Origin: an uncultured Candidatus Saccharibacteria bacterium
GTDB lineage: Bacteria > Patescibacteriota > Minisyncoccia > Portnoybacterales > UBA2143
Direction of reading: 5' to 3'
Length of the DNA stretch: 64,000 bases
Assembly (NCBI GenBank): GCA_964594965.1
Contig: CAZQMX010000002.1
Coordinates: forward strand, 44,306 to 108,305
Part shown: positions 63,435-64,000 of the stretch, piece after piece
Layout of the letters: each line of letters opens with the position of its first letter
Numbering within the stretch: position 1 is the first letter of the stretch
Position numbers and translations under genes: made by a program
Notes under the pieces: generated by a model
Database searches by the model: none
The model's input: only the letters and a program-made list of their open reading frames with translations
Told to the model about the DNA's origin: nothing

Positions 63435-64000
63435 TTAAACCTTAATCGGCATGACAATATATGTATAGGATTCGTCTCCAACTGGTTTAAGAACAACCGG
63501 CTTGGAACTATCATTTAATCCAATAACAACCTTATCAGAGAAAATATTATTTAATCCATCTAAAACATAGCGATAATTAAAGAATACCTCAATATTATTT
63601 CCCTGGATTTCAGCTTTAATCTGAGATTTATTCTCTCCAACATCAGCGCTTTTAGATGAAATTTCTAAATTTGATTTATCTGGATTGATAATAACTTTAA
63701 TATCATTAACTTTTCCGCTAAACAAGCTGGCCATTTTAATACTACTAATTAATTCTCTTTTATCAACTACAACCTGGGTTGTGGTTTTATCTGGGATAAT
63801 TTGTTGATAACTTGGGTACTGACCCTCAATTAACCTGGAGATAAGTTGAGTATAACCTAAATTAAATAGAATTTGGCTACCAGAAAGAACAACTTCAACT
63901 TCCTGCTCTTGATCCGGCTTATTACCATCTCCCTCACCCAGGATTCTAATTAATTCCTGGATAGTTCTCTGAGGAATAATCACTGATTGGTCCTCTACCC
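63435..64000 (-). CDS. dnaN: DNA polymerase III beta subunit (sliding clamp), C-terminal part; gene continues beyond window end
   Basis: GQYPSYQQIIP...VVLKPVGDESYTYIVMPIKV matches DnaN domain II/III. The reading frame stays open upstream of the GTG at 63983 through to the window edge. Confidence 0.85.
   Translation of the reverse strand, partial: VEDQSVIIPQRTIQELIRILGEGDGNKPDQEQEVEVVLSGSQILFNLGYTQLISRLIEGQYPSYQQIIPDKTTTQVVVDKRELISSIKMASLFSGKVNDIKVIINPDKSNLEISSKSADVGENKSQIKAEIQGNNIEVFFNYRYVLDGLNNIFSDKVVIGLNDSSKPVVLKPVGDESYTYIVMPIKV

Overview
AT-rich bacterial chromosome segment, about 90% coding, dominated by housekeeping genes. It has the flavour of a reduced-genome lineage: Patescibacteria/CPR-like gene content and composition. 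That placement is inference only.

Housekeeping genes recognised, in order:
- Cell division and partition: ftsA (partial), parA, parB, dnaN (partial, at the window end).
- RNA processing and translation factors: ybeY, yqeY, rpsU, pth, infC-rpmI-rplT, smpB plus tmRNA, tsaC, tsaE, rsmI, tRNA-Leu(CAA).
- Aminoacyl-tRNA synthetases: hisS, leuS, metG, glyQS, ileS, argS, tyrS.
- DNA metabolism: dprA, topA, recO, tatD, ruvB, ruvC, yebC, holA, a 5'-3' exonuclease, mpg.
- Envelope and secretion: lepB, an LCP-family protein, pilB, PBP1A.
- Other: LOG, HIT, rel, pncB.

Observations beyond ordinary annotation:
1. A tightly coupled + strand operon at 47.5-52.0 kb. It encodes a 7-TM membrane protein, a RimK-like ATP-grasp ligase fused to a retropepsin-like (DTGA) protease, a second ATP-grasp enzyme, and a stand-alone cyanophycin-synthetase-N-domain-like ATP-grasp ligase. 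This may be a non-ribosomal amino-acid-tailing or polymer system. It is my best candidate for the undescribed system.
2. Two families of short GC-rich palindromic elements in otherwise AT-rich DNA. Some copies are inserted in frame inside essential genes (hisS, recO, ileS, argS, yqeY, tatD), producing G/P/A/R-rich peptide insertions. This is RPE-like behaviour.
3. A conserved, structured leader module with compensatory stem changes. It is repeated immediately upstream of argS, smpB and rplT, with a distal segment abutting each start codon. It also splits the infC-rpmI-rplT cluster.
4. An insertion zone that splits the ruv cluster. It holds a RelE/RHH TA pair, a lamin-tail/PKD surface protein, and an HNH-NUMOD3 homing-endonuclease gene between yebC and ruvC.
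5. A compositionally distinct (higher GC) island at about 52.3-56.1 kb with duplicated promoter/terminator cassettes.
6. A large transglutaminase-like, Cys/Tyr-repeat surface protein bracketed by a perfect 20-nt direct repeat.

No rRNA genes or CRISPR arrays were seen.
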